Source of the DNA: Bugula neritina
Taxonomy: Eukaryota; Animalia; Bryozoa
NCBI GenBank assembly: GCA_964035545.1
Contig: CAXIUT010000044.1
Span: forward strand, 1-15,610
Direction of reading: 5' to 3'
Length of the DNA: 15,610 nucleotides
The notes beneath the pieces were generated by a model. It made no database searches, was not told the origin of the DNA, and worked only from the letters and a program-made list of their open reading frames with translations. A program made the position numbers and the translations under genes. Position 1 is the first letter of the stretch; every line of letters begins with the position of its first letter. Shown here in pieces: positions 1 through 10,657 of this stretch.

Positions 1-75
1 CCCAACCCCAACCCCAACCCCAACCCCAACCCCAACCCCAACCCCAACCCCAACCCCAACCCCAACCCCAACCCC
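1..75 (+). repeat. Left telomere, (CCCCAA)n, Tetrahymena-type C4A2 repeat
   Basis: Perfect CCCCAA tandem array from base 1, ending CCCC|TAAAA at 75/76. Confidence 0.98.
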
Positions 76-146
76 TAAAAATTCAAATTCTAATCAGTTA
101 TTATTATAACATCCCTATAAAATAATTCAATATCATAATAATCAAA

Positions 147-1393
147 ATGTAACAAAACCCAACAATATTCCTCTTCTTCAACCCAGGCTCTGGTTCTGGC
201 ATCGGAAAAGCTCTAAACGATCAATAAGTAAAAACCATTTAACCAAGATCTCCCGCATAGATTTCAACATCGACTAAACAATCTCTCACACATATTTCTA
301 TAACCTACGTACTCAAAAAGAACAAGGATTTCATCACTTAAAAACCTAAGCAGACAGCAATCAATAACCTATAGTTGCTATTTGCGGTGGCGATGGGACA
401 GTGATGTGGGTAGTAAGCGAACTATCACATTATAAAATAAATCCAAATCCTGTCAATTTATGCATAATACCTTTAGGAACAGGCAACGACTTCTCAATAA
501 ACTTAGGCTGGGGAGGCAGCAAAGACAACCTAACTGACAATTCATTTAAATAGCTAAGAAATTTAATAAGAAGATGGAAAACATCAAAAAGATAATATTT
601 AGATTTATGGTAAGTATAAATTTAAACCTATAAATCTGGTAGTTTCTAAAAAATATAAAACCAAGAATAAGTAACAATCTAACTGAATAAAATAAGCAAA
701 CATTTTTGTAATTATTTTAGTTTTGGCATCGATGCAGCCATTGGTTTCTAATTCGATAAACATAGAACCAATACTAGATTGGGCAACTTTGCTGTCTACG
801 GCATGATGGGTCTAAAAAACAGTATATCTAAATCTAAAAATCTAGGATAACTTATTGAAGTCATGTCAATCGGATAGTAATAGACTATATTTGAAGGAAA
901 TAACAAGACTTTTATAGAGCATATGGGTAATAATTTATTTTAATTCAATTTTGATGATTTAGTGAAAGGAGTGAAAAAAGTAAATAGTTTTCATAATAAT
1001 CAAAATTTACTAGCCTTGAATATCAATAGCTTTATGGGTGGAGCTACAGATATTTGGAAAAAAGCCAAATAAAATACAATTATAAAACAAAAATAGTAAA
1101 TCAAAGAACATAGCCACTCAGATGGTAAAATATAATTTGTCAGTTTTAGTGATACTGGCTCAATCGGTCTTTAAAAAACATTCGGCAGTTGGTAAGTTGG
1201 ATTCGCATAAAGAATCGTGCAAGGATCAGGACCATTTGTCATAAAGTTTAGATAGTATCCCTAAGACAAAGATCATAAAACTTTTATGCAAATCGATGGA
1301 TAGTTTATCAAAGTTTATCAACCTAAAGTTGTTATTATCAAGAAATCTACCTTATTTGTTTAATCTAAAATTAGAGTACTCAATAATAAATGA
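147..1393 (+). CDS. Diacylglycerol kinase (catalytic + accessory domains), join(147..227,248..1393), ~408 aa with UAR=Glu
   Basis: Translation shows IFLFFNPGSG, VAICGGDGTVMWV, IIPLGTGNDFSINLGWG, CNYFSFGIDA, LNINSFMGG, DGKIEFV and MQIDGEF, which are DGK family motifs. One 20-nt intron joins the two frames. Ends at TGA 1391-1393. Confidence 0.93.
228..247 (+). other. 20-nt spliceosomal intron in DGK
   Basis: gtaaaaaccatttaaccaag. Removal joins the NPGSG frame to the GGDG frame. Confidence 0.85.
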
Positions 1394-1414
1394 TCATAAA
1401 TACGTTAAATAAAA

Positions 1415-2373
1415 TCAATCTTGATATATATCTGTCTCGTTAAATTCTTAATCCTTGTTCTAGAAAGTATCATTGCTCTGATAGTTTGTATTTACTTACT
1501 ATTTCTTTAAGTTATTATTCATATTAGCTCCAGATAATTCTGTCTATCTCGTCTAGTTCAATGGTCTCACCTAGTGATGCAGATATTGAATCAATTTGCC
1601 ATGAAGGGCTAGACTAGATACCTCACTCAGATCCACATTTGATAATCCAAACATCAACCTTATATATCTTTTAAATGTAATCAAATGCTCACCTAGTTGA
1701 GTAGAACTCAATAAAATAGGCATAAGTTTTTTAACTTATTCTCTAGTAATAGATCTAACATTTCTAAAACAATTTTATTTCAAAAAACTTTATAACTTCT
1801 TTAAAGCCTGATTCACTATCACGCCTATCATCGTTTTGTATTAATCATAACTCAAATTACAATTCATTTTGCCTTTCCTCAGCTAATCTTTAACTTCCCT
1901 CAAAGGATCATAATTTTTATTACATCTATTTTGTAAACGATACCCCTTAGCAACAAAATCCTTCGCTATCAACCTCTTCTCCTTATACTTCGTTTGCTAC
2001 TGCATAGAACCAAAATTAGTCCTAGTCAACTACTACTTAGTATACGATATCTATATATTGCTCTCTTGAACCATCTCTGGCACTACCTATGTTGCTGTTT
2101 GAAATATTTCACTATCTGGTAACTTCTGGCATAACTTTTGATGAAGGACCTTTACAACTTGCTAGATTGAACAATGTGGCAGCAACTAGTATATCAACTT
2201 TACCACGCCACTCAATACCTATATTAGTTTATATTTACATCCTAGTTGATATCGAGAGAGGATTCTTTGGGAATAAGATCTGCCAGTTATAGCTAGTTAT
2301 AGTGTTAATCATCATTCTCAACATCCATGTTCTCTATATTCTATTGCTTAACTTCCATATCGATCGACTACAT
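1415..2373 (-). CDS. Hypothetical protein, complement(join(1415..2218,2239..2373)), ~312 aa
   Basis: MESIDMEVKQENIENMDVENDDE... then 804 nt open to TGA after a 20-nt intron. No family recognised. Confidence 0.75.
2219..2238 (-). other. 20-nt intron
   Basis: gtaaatataaactaatatag on the minus strand. Without splicing, the frame hits TGA immediately downstream. Confidence 0.75.
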
Positions 2374-2531
2374 TGATTCTAATAATAAATAGACAAACAA
2401 GGATAGTATAAAGAGTCAAAAGTGTGTTTCTATAAACTAATATCACACATTTTGCACATTTTATCAATATGATTCAATAATATGACTGTTTTAATATTAA
2501 TGCCCTTATTATTAAAATTCAATAGTAACAA

Positions 2532-2954
2532 TCATTCCATTATCAATTTTTCAAGCATGTTTCTAAATTATTTATTACTCATTATCTTCTACCCATACTT
2601 ATGCTCACAAGCCTCATCGATCATCTCTCCAGTCAATTTCCCAGAACCAAAAGATACCACCCCACTATCCACATCCTCTTCGATTATCTTATCCACCTTT
2701 AGATGCCCCTCACTCTCCAAAGTAGAACTACTCTGTCCCAACTTCAACTTCTTATTGAACTCTCTCACCAACAACTACTCCTATAAACTTTTAGCTGACT
2801 GCTTGGACTATCCTTCCTTGATAGATGTTTTGGAACAAAACTTGTTCTATGATGATAAGTTGGTTGAAGTTAAGGTAGAGGGAAGGGTATCATTGCTGGT
2901 GTATTATATGACTTGGATGCTCTAGTTGAATTTAAGGGATAGTTTTCTGTTCAT
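2532..2954 (-). CDS. Hypothetical protein, 140 aa (MNRKLSLKFNESIQVIEY...KLIME)
   Basis: ATG in aatcaaaATG context, open to TGA with UAR=Glu. Contains the supplied ORF 2589..2774. Confidence 0.72.
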
Positions 2955-3324
2955 TTTGATTTGTTTGTTTATTTACATAATAGAATTTAAGTTTAGAAGG
3001 TTTAAATAGCCAGTATTCTATTTTTAATTTGGATAAATATCCTCGAATAAATCAATAGCATCAATGTCAAAAGATTATCTTTGAACTTATTAGGTAAAAT
3101 AATGATTTGAAATATAGGTAAAATTAATGATAAAATAATATGGTTTTTTTATGATAAATGAGGATAAATGATGATATTATAGCTTTTAAGTAGATAAAAT
3201 TTTATTTAAAAATATTTTTTCTTTTGTGATTAATTATGAACTTGAATATTAGATTTGTATTTATTATTTGATGTAAAAATCTAAAGAATCGCGCCAGAAA
3301 AGTCTCGCATAGATATTTTCCTAA

Positions 3325-4995
3325 ATGTCTCAAAAAGGAAAACCAAAACCATAGTCAACTCCCAACAACAAAGATGATTAAATCTTCTAAAGCGGACACT
3401 AATCTCCTGCTTTTGGATAATTTATCCCCAATCAAAAAAAATCAAAAAAAGAATTAACCAAACTACAAATCTTCCTCTCTAAAATAAACTAATAATTCTA
3501 GTAAGAAATGAGTTAATACCTACAAAAGTACAAATAAGAATATAAAAAAAATGCACCTTACTATTCAATAGTCCTCTATGAAGACATCCTTTATATCTGG
3601 TCTTTCAAAAACTCATAAAATGATTTAAACAAAAACAAAAAATAAACTCTAGATAAACTCACTTCAGAACTAAGAGATCTCACCAAGAGAAAAGCAGTGA
3701 CTATTACATAGAGAGTATAAAAGAAGTTAGCTAACCTATCTATAGAACAAATCAAATAACACATGAATAGCAATACTGATTTCACATTCAATAGTCAAAA
3801 ACAACTCATCACTAAATCAAAAACTACTACTAGAAGTAACTTTGTTCAATAAGATGCTGCCTTTAGCATCAATACGCCCAGTAAAATTCAATAAAGTGTT
3901 GTTAAAGAAACCCGAAGTGTAATTAAATAAGAAATAAAAGAGAAAAGAATGGCATAAAGTACCAAGAAAAGTGTATTTGATCAATCTATCTATAACTATG
4001 GTAGTAGAACAGTTAAAGAAAGAATTATGATAAGCTATCGTCATGAAAACAACCTTGTATTTCCTTTTAATTAAAGTCTCATTGATATTCATAGAAAAAA
4101 TCAATAAATAGATGGCTAGAGATAATATATAGATATTTAGTCATTGGGGCCTGAGAAAAGCAAGATGCCTTTATCAACTTTTAATAATATAGTCAAGTAT
4201 CTTTAAAAAGTAAACTAAACCAAAGAACCTTAAAGATACAACTAATATATATAAAAAATAAAAGAATAATCTCTCAAGGCATTGAATTAATTCTAAAAGC
4301 TATAAAAAACATAATAAAATATAAATAAAATGAAAGAACTAATATAAAAACTAACTTAAATCAAAAAACTACAATAATAAATCAAGCATTCAAAATAATA
4401 GAAAAAACCTTAATTTTATGAATAAAACAACTAATCAAAAGATTAAAAACAAAAGATAAAACAAACCTCCACAGCCAAGAAAACAAATCAATAAGAACAA
4501 TAAGAATAATAAGAATAACTTTACCAACAAAAACAATAAAAATCAACTGACTTAAAGCCATAATTAGCAAAATAATAATACACTAGGATGATGAAGATGA
4601 TCTGCAATAACATGACTTATTTGGACATAATAAAATAAGATAACACCAAATGGGACCAATACGCCTGGAAAGATTAATAAGATGACATTCTTTATCGTTT
4701 TAAATTCAGTCCTGATTCATACAGAAATGTTTTAATCTGTCTTCTCAGATATAAAAATATTAACATGGTCTTCGAAAGAATCAAATTCCTCAACATCGAC
4801 CTAGATGAGAAACTAAGACAAGAGCTGGACAGTTTGACCTCAAAAGAAGTCAATCGATCTAAAGATGAGCAAAATAATGAGACAAAAAATGAAATATAGG
4901 GCAATTAGAAAGATAAAATGAAGGAAGAAAGTTCTATTGATATCGACCAGGTAAATCGAGAAATGAATTTGGTTTAAATACTTGACTTGTAATGA
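3325..4995 (+). CDS. 556-aa acidic/low-complexity protein, possibly Rap1-like (Myb-like segment plus Rap1-C-like domain)
   Basis: 1671-nt frame with no TGA until 4993. The C-terminal AWKDEEDDIL...LLRYKNINMVFERIKFL resembles the Rap1 C-terminal motif. The ORF is secure but the product is tentative. Confidence 0.8.
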
Positions 4996-5063
4996 TATCA
5001 TAACCAAATATTAATCTATTTATCAATAATACTCATCAAATTAATTTGAATATAATAATATCT

Positions 5064-6673
5064 ATGAGGCACGTATCACTTTATGACGATGACAACTAAA
5101 TCCTCGCAGGACAGCCACATCGTCCCAGCTATAGAACCTCATCAAAACAAAAAAACAAACCTTTTCCATCACATCTTGTCTATCTTTCAATCATAGCTGT
5201 TTTACTCATGATCATCATCTACTTTCTAGTCAGTCAAAATAAGACAGAAAATACATAGTTGAGTCCTGTTGACAAGAAGTTGCTAGAACTATAAAATGAG
5301 ATGAATAAAATGAAAAATAGTAAATAAAAAAATTAAGATTAAATAAAAAAAATGCAAAAATAAATAGAATAACAAAAAAATAAGAAAGAAACCCCTCCTA
5401 GACCTACACCTAGACCTACACCTGTAGCTCCTCGTGGGAAGATACAACAAGTTGGTAATCTAAATAAGCCATAAAACTTTGAAATACAAAAGAAATACTC
5501 TACAAATAAAAACAAAACATAATATATGACTCCTTAACTATAAGTTATTTCATAAAAAAGATAACAAACTCCAGGAAGATCAAAGACAGCGAGTGGTACT
5601 CCATCTTTAATTAAATTTTTATCAAAAAATTAAAAAGATAAAACGTATTTCATTTAATATTTAGAATAGATGAAGTTCTTTATGATTAAAAAACAAGATA
5701 AAATCGTAAAAAATTTCAAATATAAAGAGTTAACTTTTTAGGTAAAAAAAAAAATCTAATAAGTTTCTTTTTGGCATCTTTTAACAACAAAATCGATGAT
5801 TCAAGAGACAAATAACAGCAATAAAAATAGTTATAATAATACAACAGATAAAACAAAGTATGGAATTTTTAACAATATGACTAACTACCCATGTGCATAG
5901 TAGTTCCAGGCTACAACAACAACGCCAAATTTCGTATCGAGTACAATCTAAACTCAATATTCCAACAAAACTACACAAACTACTTCGCAGTCATCATAAA
6001 CGACGCATCGACTGACAACAGCGACTAACTCTATCGTAAATATTTAGATTTTTATAAAATAGATAGAAAAAGATACGCATACATTGAAAACACCGACAGA
6101 AAGACAGCTTTATAAAATATCTATACTGCTACTCATTAATATTGCAGTAATGATTCGATAGTATTGAATATGGACGCAGATGATGAATTTATAGGCAAAA
6201 ATGTGTTGAAAATATTTAACGCTGCTTATCAACAATATAAAACCGGTGTTGTCTATTCTAATTTCTATTGGTACGATCAGGGGAAGAGTACTATGGTTGG
6301 ATTTACTAGCTAATACTCGCAAAATTAAAAGAAAAATGCATTGTATAGAAGATCACCTCAAAGGTTTTCACATCTCAGGTCATATCGAACATAACTCTTC
6401 AGAAAAATAGATAAATCATATTTCCAAGATTCCAATGGTAAGTTTTGGACCAGTGCTTACGATATGGTCATGTACTTTTCTCTTCTAGAACTATCGTGTG
6501 GCAGACATAAGAAGATTCCAGGTTTTCACTATCTCTACAACATCAACACAGGTCTGAATGACTACGCAGTCGATAGAGGAAAACAGGCACGTATCGACCA
6601 GACAGTTCGAAGAGCCAAAGGGTACAAATGCGATGAAGAGTTCAATGAAAGAATGAATAAATAAACCAGATGA
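5064..6673 (+). CDS. Type II membrane glycosyltransferase family 2 (GT-A fold), join(5064..5644,5665..6673), ~529 aa
   Basis: N-terminal TM helix LVYLSIIAVLLMIIIYFLVS, a coiled/Pro-rich stem, then CIVVPGYNN...SIFQQNYTNY...IINDASTD...LNMDADD (DxD)...SHLRSYR...AYD. TGA at 6671-6673. Confidence 0.9.
5645..5664 (+). other. 20-nt intron in GT2 gene
   Basis: gtatttcatttaatatttag. Removal connects the TM/stem frame to the catalytic-domain frame. Confidence 0.7.
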
Positions 6674-6858
6674 TGTTATGACTATCAATGTTATCAGTTT
6701 TTAATTATAAATCAAATGTATTTATGTTTGTTTTTAACAAAAAGACTGTTTAAAGAAATACCTTTCTATATATTATTTGTATTATTGTAGTTATTGATTA
6801 TTAATTATTTGTATAAGCAAACATCTCTAAACTAAATCGATTTTGCTAGTTATAAAAA

Positions 6859-9102
6859 ATGATGTAGTAGCAAGCGAACAAATATTCCAAAGGAGATCTG
6901 GTATTCGCACATTGCACCTAATAAAAAACATGGCCAGCTAAAGTGATATGCCTCATGGATAAAAGTTCATACAAAGTTGATTTTTATAACGAAGCTGCAC
7001 TAGGAATAGTCGAATAAGACGATCTCTAACCTCTAGAATGGGCATCTATCGATAAATATACAAATAAATTCAAAAATAAAATAGTAAAAAATCAAAAAAC
7101 ACTCCTCTAAGCCATCTCTTTTGCCAAAAAAGATTTCTAAAGAAGGCTAGAAATATAAAACGATTAAGTATAAAAATGGATAGGTTTATAACCTACCAAA
7201 TAATAATCATAAAAATTAAATAAAAGATTGTAGGAATAAAAAAATAGACCCGTCAGAAAACCAAAAAATAAACTAGCTGATCTCATGATAGTAAATTAAA
7301 AAAATAAATCACAAAATAATATAAATGTCGAGTAATAAACAGACAAGTCAAAGAACTAACCTGTAAAAGTACAATATGCAACTAGATCATCAACTCGTCA
7401 GAAATAGAAAGCTGATAAATTGAAAAATAAACAAAAGTATCAACCAGCTAAAACAACAAAGCCCAAATCTAAATCAAAATCTAAATTAAAAAGAAAGCAA
7501 AATAAAAGAAATAAAAGCAAATAATCAAAATAAAGAACAGATACTTTATCAATTCCAAATTAGAAAAATATATAACAAAAATCAATATAATCAAGAAGTC
7601 ATACCTAACAACTATCCAGCGAACAAATATCATAATAAGAATAAATAATATAAAAAGAAGAAGATAAAATTGGATAACAAAAAAATAGTTTAAAAGGCAT
7701 ATCAAATTAAAAAGAATAAAATCTGATGAATCTTACGATCAACACTTCATTTACTTTTGCGTCACAGCAAAAAGAATAAACACTTAAATAGTAAAATATT
7801 ATACAAAATAATTAGAATATGCATTATGCAAATAATTAACCTGATTATAACTACAGTTAGATCAACAATTCAAGTGGAATTTAACAATAAAGTTAGTAAA
7901 TTCCTATTATCAATCAAAAACATGTATAATCTATGTAGTAAAGTGTAATAAGAGGGGAAGATTTAAGTCATGAGAAAATTCATAATTTAAGTCAAGAAAG
8001 AGTTCAAGCTGTAAGTCATGATAAATATTTATCATAAAATCGATAGGATGGTGAGATATCTTTAAGTTCATCATATATTAATCAATTCAATATTTAATAA
8101 ATCGTATAAAAAAAATATATTCCAGATATTGCAAATATTGCAGATATTGCTGCTTTACCTTAAGAAAGTTCAGAAATGGAAAATTAAGATGTGAGTTCTA
8201 ATAGATCTTTTTCAAACTAAGCTTTTTATACTGATAGTTTGAGTAAAAAAAGAATGAAAAATTCATAACTTTTAAAACAAATCAGAAACATGCAATAAAA
8301 TAGTAGTAAATAACACTAAATATCAAATAATATCAATAGAATAAATAGCAGTCAAATGGACATATAAATAAAACAAGAACATCAAATCACAAACTAAAAA
8401 ACAAAACAATAAAACCACGAAAACAACTAGATGGTAGAATCAGCATCATAATCATCATAATATCAAAACCGATTACCAAATCTATCCCCAAACCTTCAAC
8501 AAAACCCTTTCCGCAATCTAATCTAAAGACCCCTCCCAGTAAGCAAACTCTAATCCAATATTTCTATCTAACAAGTCCATAAAGAACTCTAATCTTTGGG
8601 CCCAAAATATTTATAGACAACATTCGGCAACTTCTAGATAAAAAAAGATGACTACTTCACGATGGCAACAGGCATTCCTAAACTCACCCAATAACTATCC
8701 AAAATATAGCCGCTATATCCTGGCCAATTGCTAGCAAAATGTCTAAACAACTATCTATAGAAGTTGATAAAATTTGTACCAGGAAACGGAGGTCATATCA
8801 ATTTGCTAATGTGGTAAAAACAGATGTTTATTGCCATTTTGGAAGGAAACCTCATTCCGCTGGAAATAATTTTTGACTAAGATACTATTATGTTAATGAT
8901 CAATTTTGTCAAAGAGTTCAAGGGAAGTAAAAGTCAAAATAGAGCAGATTGTCATGCGTAATTTCTATATACAGTTACACATGTCAAGTATTATATCAAT
9001 CGTTTCAAATCATAAAAAGATGCGATAAATATCAAAAAGAAACATATGATTTCTCAGTATTAGAAAAAAATAGCATAATATGAAAATACAATAACAGTGT
9101 GA
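6859..9102 (+). CDS. PWWP-domain protein, 747 aa (N-terminal PWWP, long low-complexity middle, helical C-terminal region)
   Basis: YSKGDLVFAHCTEEKTWPAKVI...YKVDFYNEAALGIVEEDDLEPL...LLEAISFA matches the PWWP pattern (GDLVWAK..PWWPAKV..Y.V.FF...V...DL.P). The 2244-nt frame is open to TGA 9100-9102. Confidence 0.85.
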
Positions 9103-9108
9103 TTTATA

Positions 9109-9179
9109 TATCATCTATAATAATAGTATAAAGTATGGTCTATAGTAATAACATAAATTATGGTCTATAATAATAACAT
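9109..9179. repeat. Intergenic 25-bp-period tandem repeat (~3 copies)
   Basis: tatggtctatagtaataacat (9134-9154) and tatggtctataataataacat (9159-9179) differ by 1 nt. A degenerate copy tatcatctataataatagtat lies at 9109-9129. Confidence 0.7.
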
Positions 9180-9211
9180 GATTTATAATAATAATATAAA
9201 TTAGTATTAAA

Positions 9212-10117
9212 ATGTTATCAGAAACAATACTAAACAGATAGAATCTAAAACAATTCGGTTCAACAACTAAAGAAACCTCATCTTTACTACAAAACACAAT
9301 CAAACAACTCAAACAGCAAATCAATACCCTACAAATATAAAAATAACAAATACTCAAAAACAATCATTAAGAAATCTGTGATTTGAAACTATAAATACAA
9401 TAATATAAAAAGAAACTGTCAACTTTGACTGATAAATATCTCCTAGAAACTTATACCAAAGAACAAGGAGCAAGTGATAGTGCTAATGATTAAAAATATG
9501 ACAGGTTATCAAGAGAAAAAGAAGTGATTGTTGCCCAGTAGCGAGAGAAACGGTTCAAATTGGAGTAGCAATGTCGAGTGATGAGGTAGTAGATGGTGGG
9601 ATGGCAGAAGATGTGCTAGCAAATGAAATTATAAAAATAAAAAAATATGTAGATCAGTTTAGTATAAAAATTAGATCTATAGTAAAAAAATCGTTTACTA
9701 GAAGAATAGATAAAATCAAAAAAAAACATAATGAACAATCTAAAATAACAAATAAACAAATTAAATATAAATCGATAAAATGTAAACAAACAATAAAGAA
9801 TTCTCAACCAGAAAAGCAAATAATTATAGATCTACTCTCAGTAAATAGGATAATGCAATAAAATGAATGAAATGAAATTGAACCAACAAATTAATCAACT
9901 TATGAATTAGAATGGATTTTTGAAGAATCATATAAAGAAGTTATAAAATATTAATAAAAATCAATGTAATTGTTAGGTTTTGGAAGATAAACATCGGTAG
10001 TTGTAGTATCAACTGAAAAAGGAGTTAGCTTTGACCAAAGTACAACTAACACAACAATACAGCAATAAAATCAGACATAAATAGGATAATTATGGATCAT
10101 AAAGTAAAAGAAAATGA
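9212..10117 (+). CDS. Hypothetical coiled-coil protein, 301 aa
   Basis: ATG 9212 to TGA 10115-10117. E/K/Q/L-rich heptad-like sequence (IKQLKQQINTLQIEKEQ..., LEEKNRLLEEEIKSK). Confidence 0.8.
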
Positions 10118-10125
10118 TTTGTTTA

Positions 10126-10428
10126 TCATTGTTAAAGTTTAACTTGTAAATTTAACTCATTCAAACCAGGTGCAAACGACTTGCCCTACAATATCGTCGT
10201 CTACTCGTTTACTATCTACTGAACCTTCAAATAACTTGCACTCTTTGTCATATCATGCTAAAGTGCCTTGTAAGGAGAATGATCATCGAATTGAGGCACA
10301 GGCGACATCTACTATTTGTTTGAATTTAAAGTCTATGGCTGTATTGGGGGGTCTGTCTTGGCATTCAGCTCGTTGGTTTTCTTGTCGATGGACTTTGACT
10401 GTGTGTTCTTTGTACCCACGCATCCCAT
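10126..10428 (-). CDS. Small 100-aa protein with an N-terminal MGC dual-acylation motif
   Basis: MGCVGTKNTQSKSIDK... open to TGA at 10128-10126. Gly2/Cys3 is the standard myristoylation/palmitoylation signature. Confidence 0.7.
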
Positions 10429-10586
10429 TGTTTAAATATTTTTATCGAAATCGTTATTAAAGTTAGTTTGATTTAAGTTATATTCTAATCACAAATCTTA
10501 GAATGATATCTATTAAACTAAATGAACAAATATATGAATGAATAGATATATGATATTGATGATATGACAATATGATTCTAGCTCAA

Positions 10587-10657
10587 GGGGTTGGGGTTGG
10601 GGTTGGGGTTGGGGTTGGGGTTGGGGTTGGGGTTGGGGTTGGGGTTGGGGTTGGGTT
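10587..10657 (+). repeat. Internal (GGGGTT)n telomere tract, the right end of the first minichromosome
   Basis: About 12 GGGGTT units ending in a GGGTT variant. Polarity matches the left telomere at 1-75. Confidence 0.97.

Noticed and set aside
927-962. 36-nt GT...AG AT-rich segment in DGK as an intron
   Set aside because: It is in frame, has no stop and is longer than all supported introns. It is not needed for the model and cannot be decided without RNA data.
2109-2459. Overlapping 116-aa minus-strand ORF starting MCKMCD
   Set aside because: It overlaps the better-supported gene in another frame. Long chance ORFs are expected when TGA is the only stop.
5742-5763. 22-nt GT...AG candidate intron in the GT2 gene
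   Set aside because: Removing it breaks the frame to the catalytic domain, while the unspliced frame is open. It would fit only if the poly-A run length were a sequencing error.
10587-10657. Internal repeat as a CRISPR array, a telomere-bearing transposon end or a coding (QP)n repeat
   Set aside because: There are no spacers, transposase or terminal inverted repeats. It is a plain telomere tract similar in length to the terminal ones.
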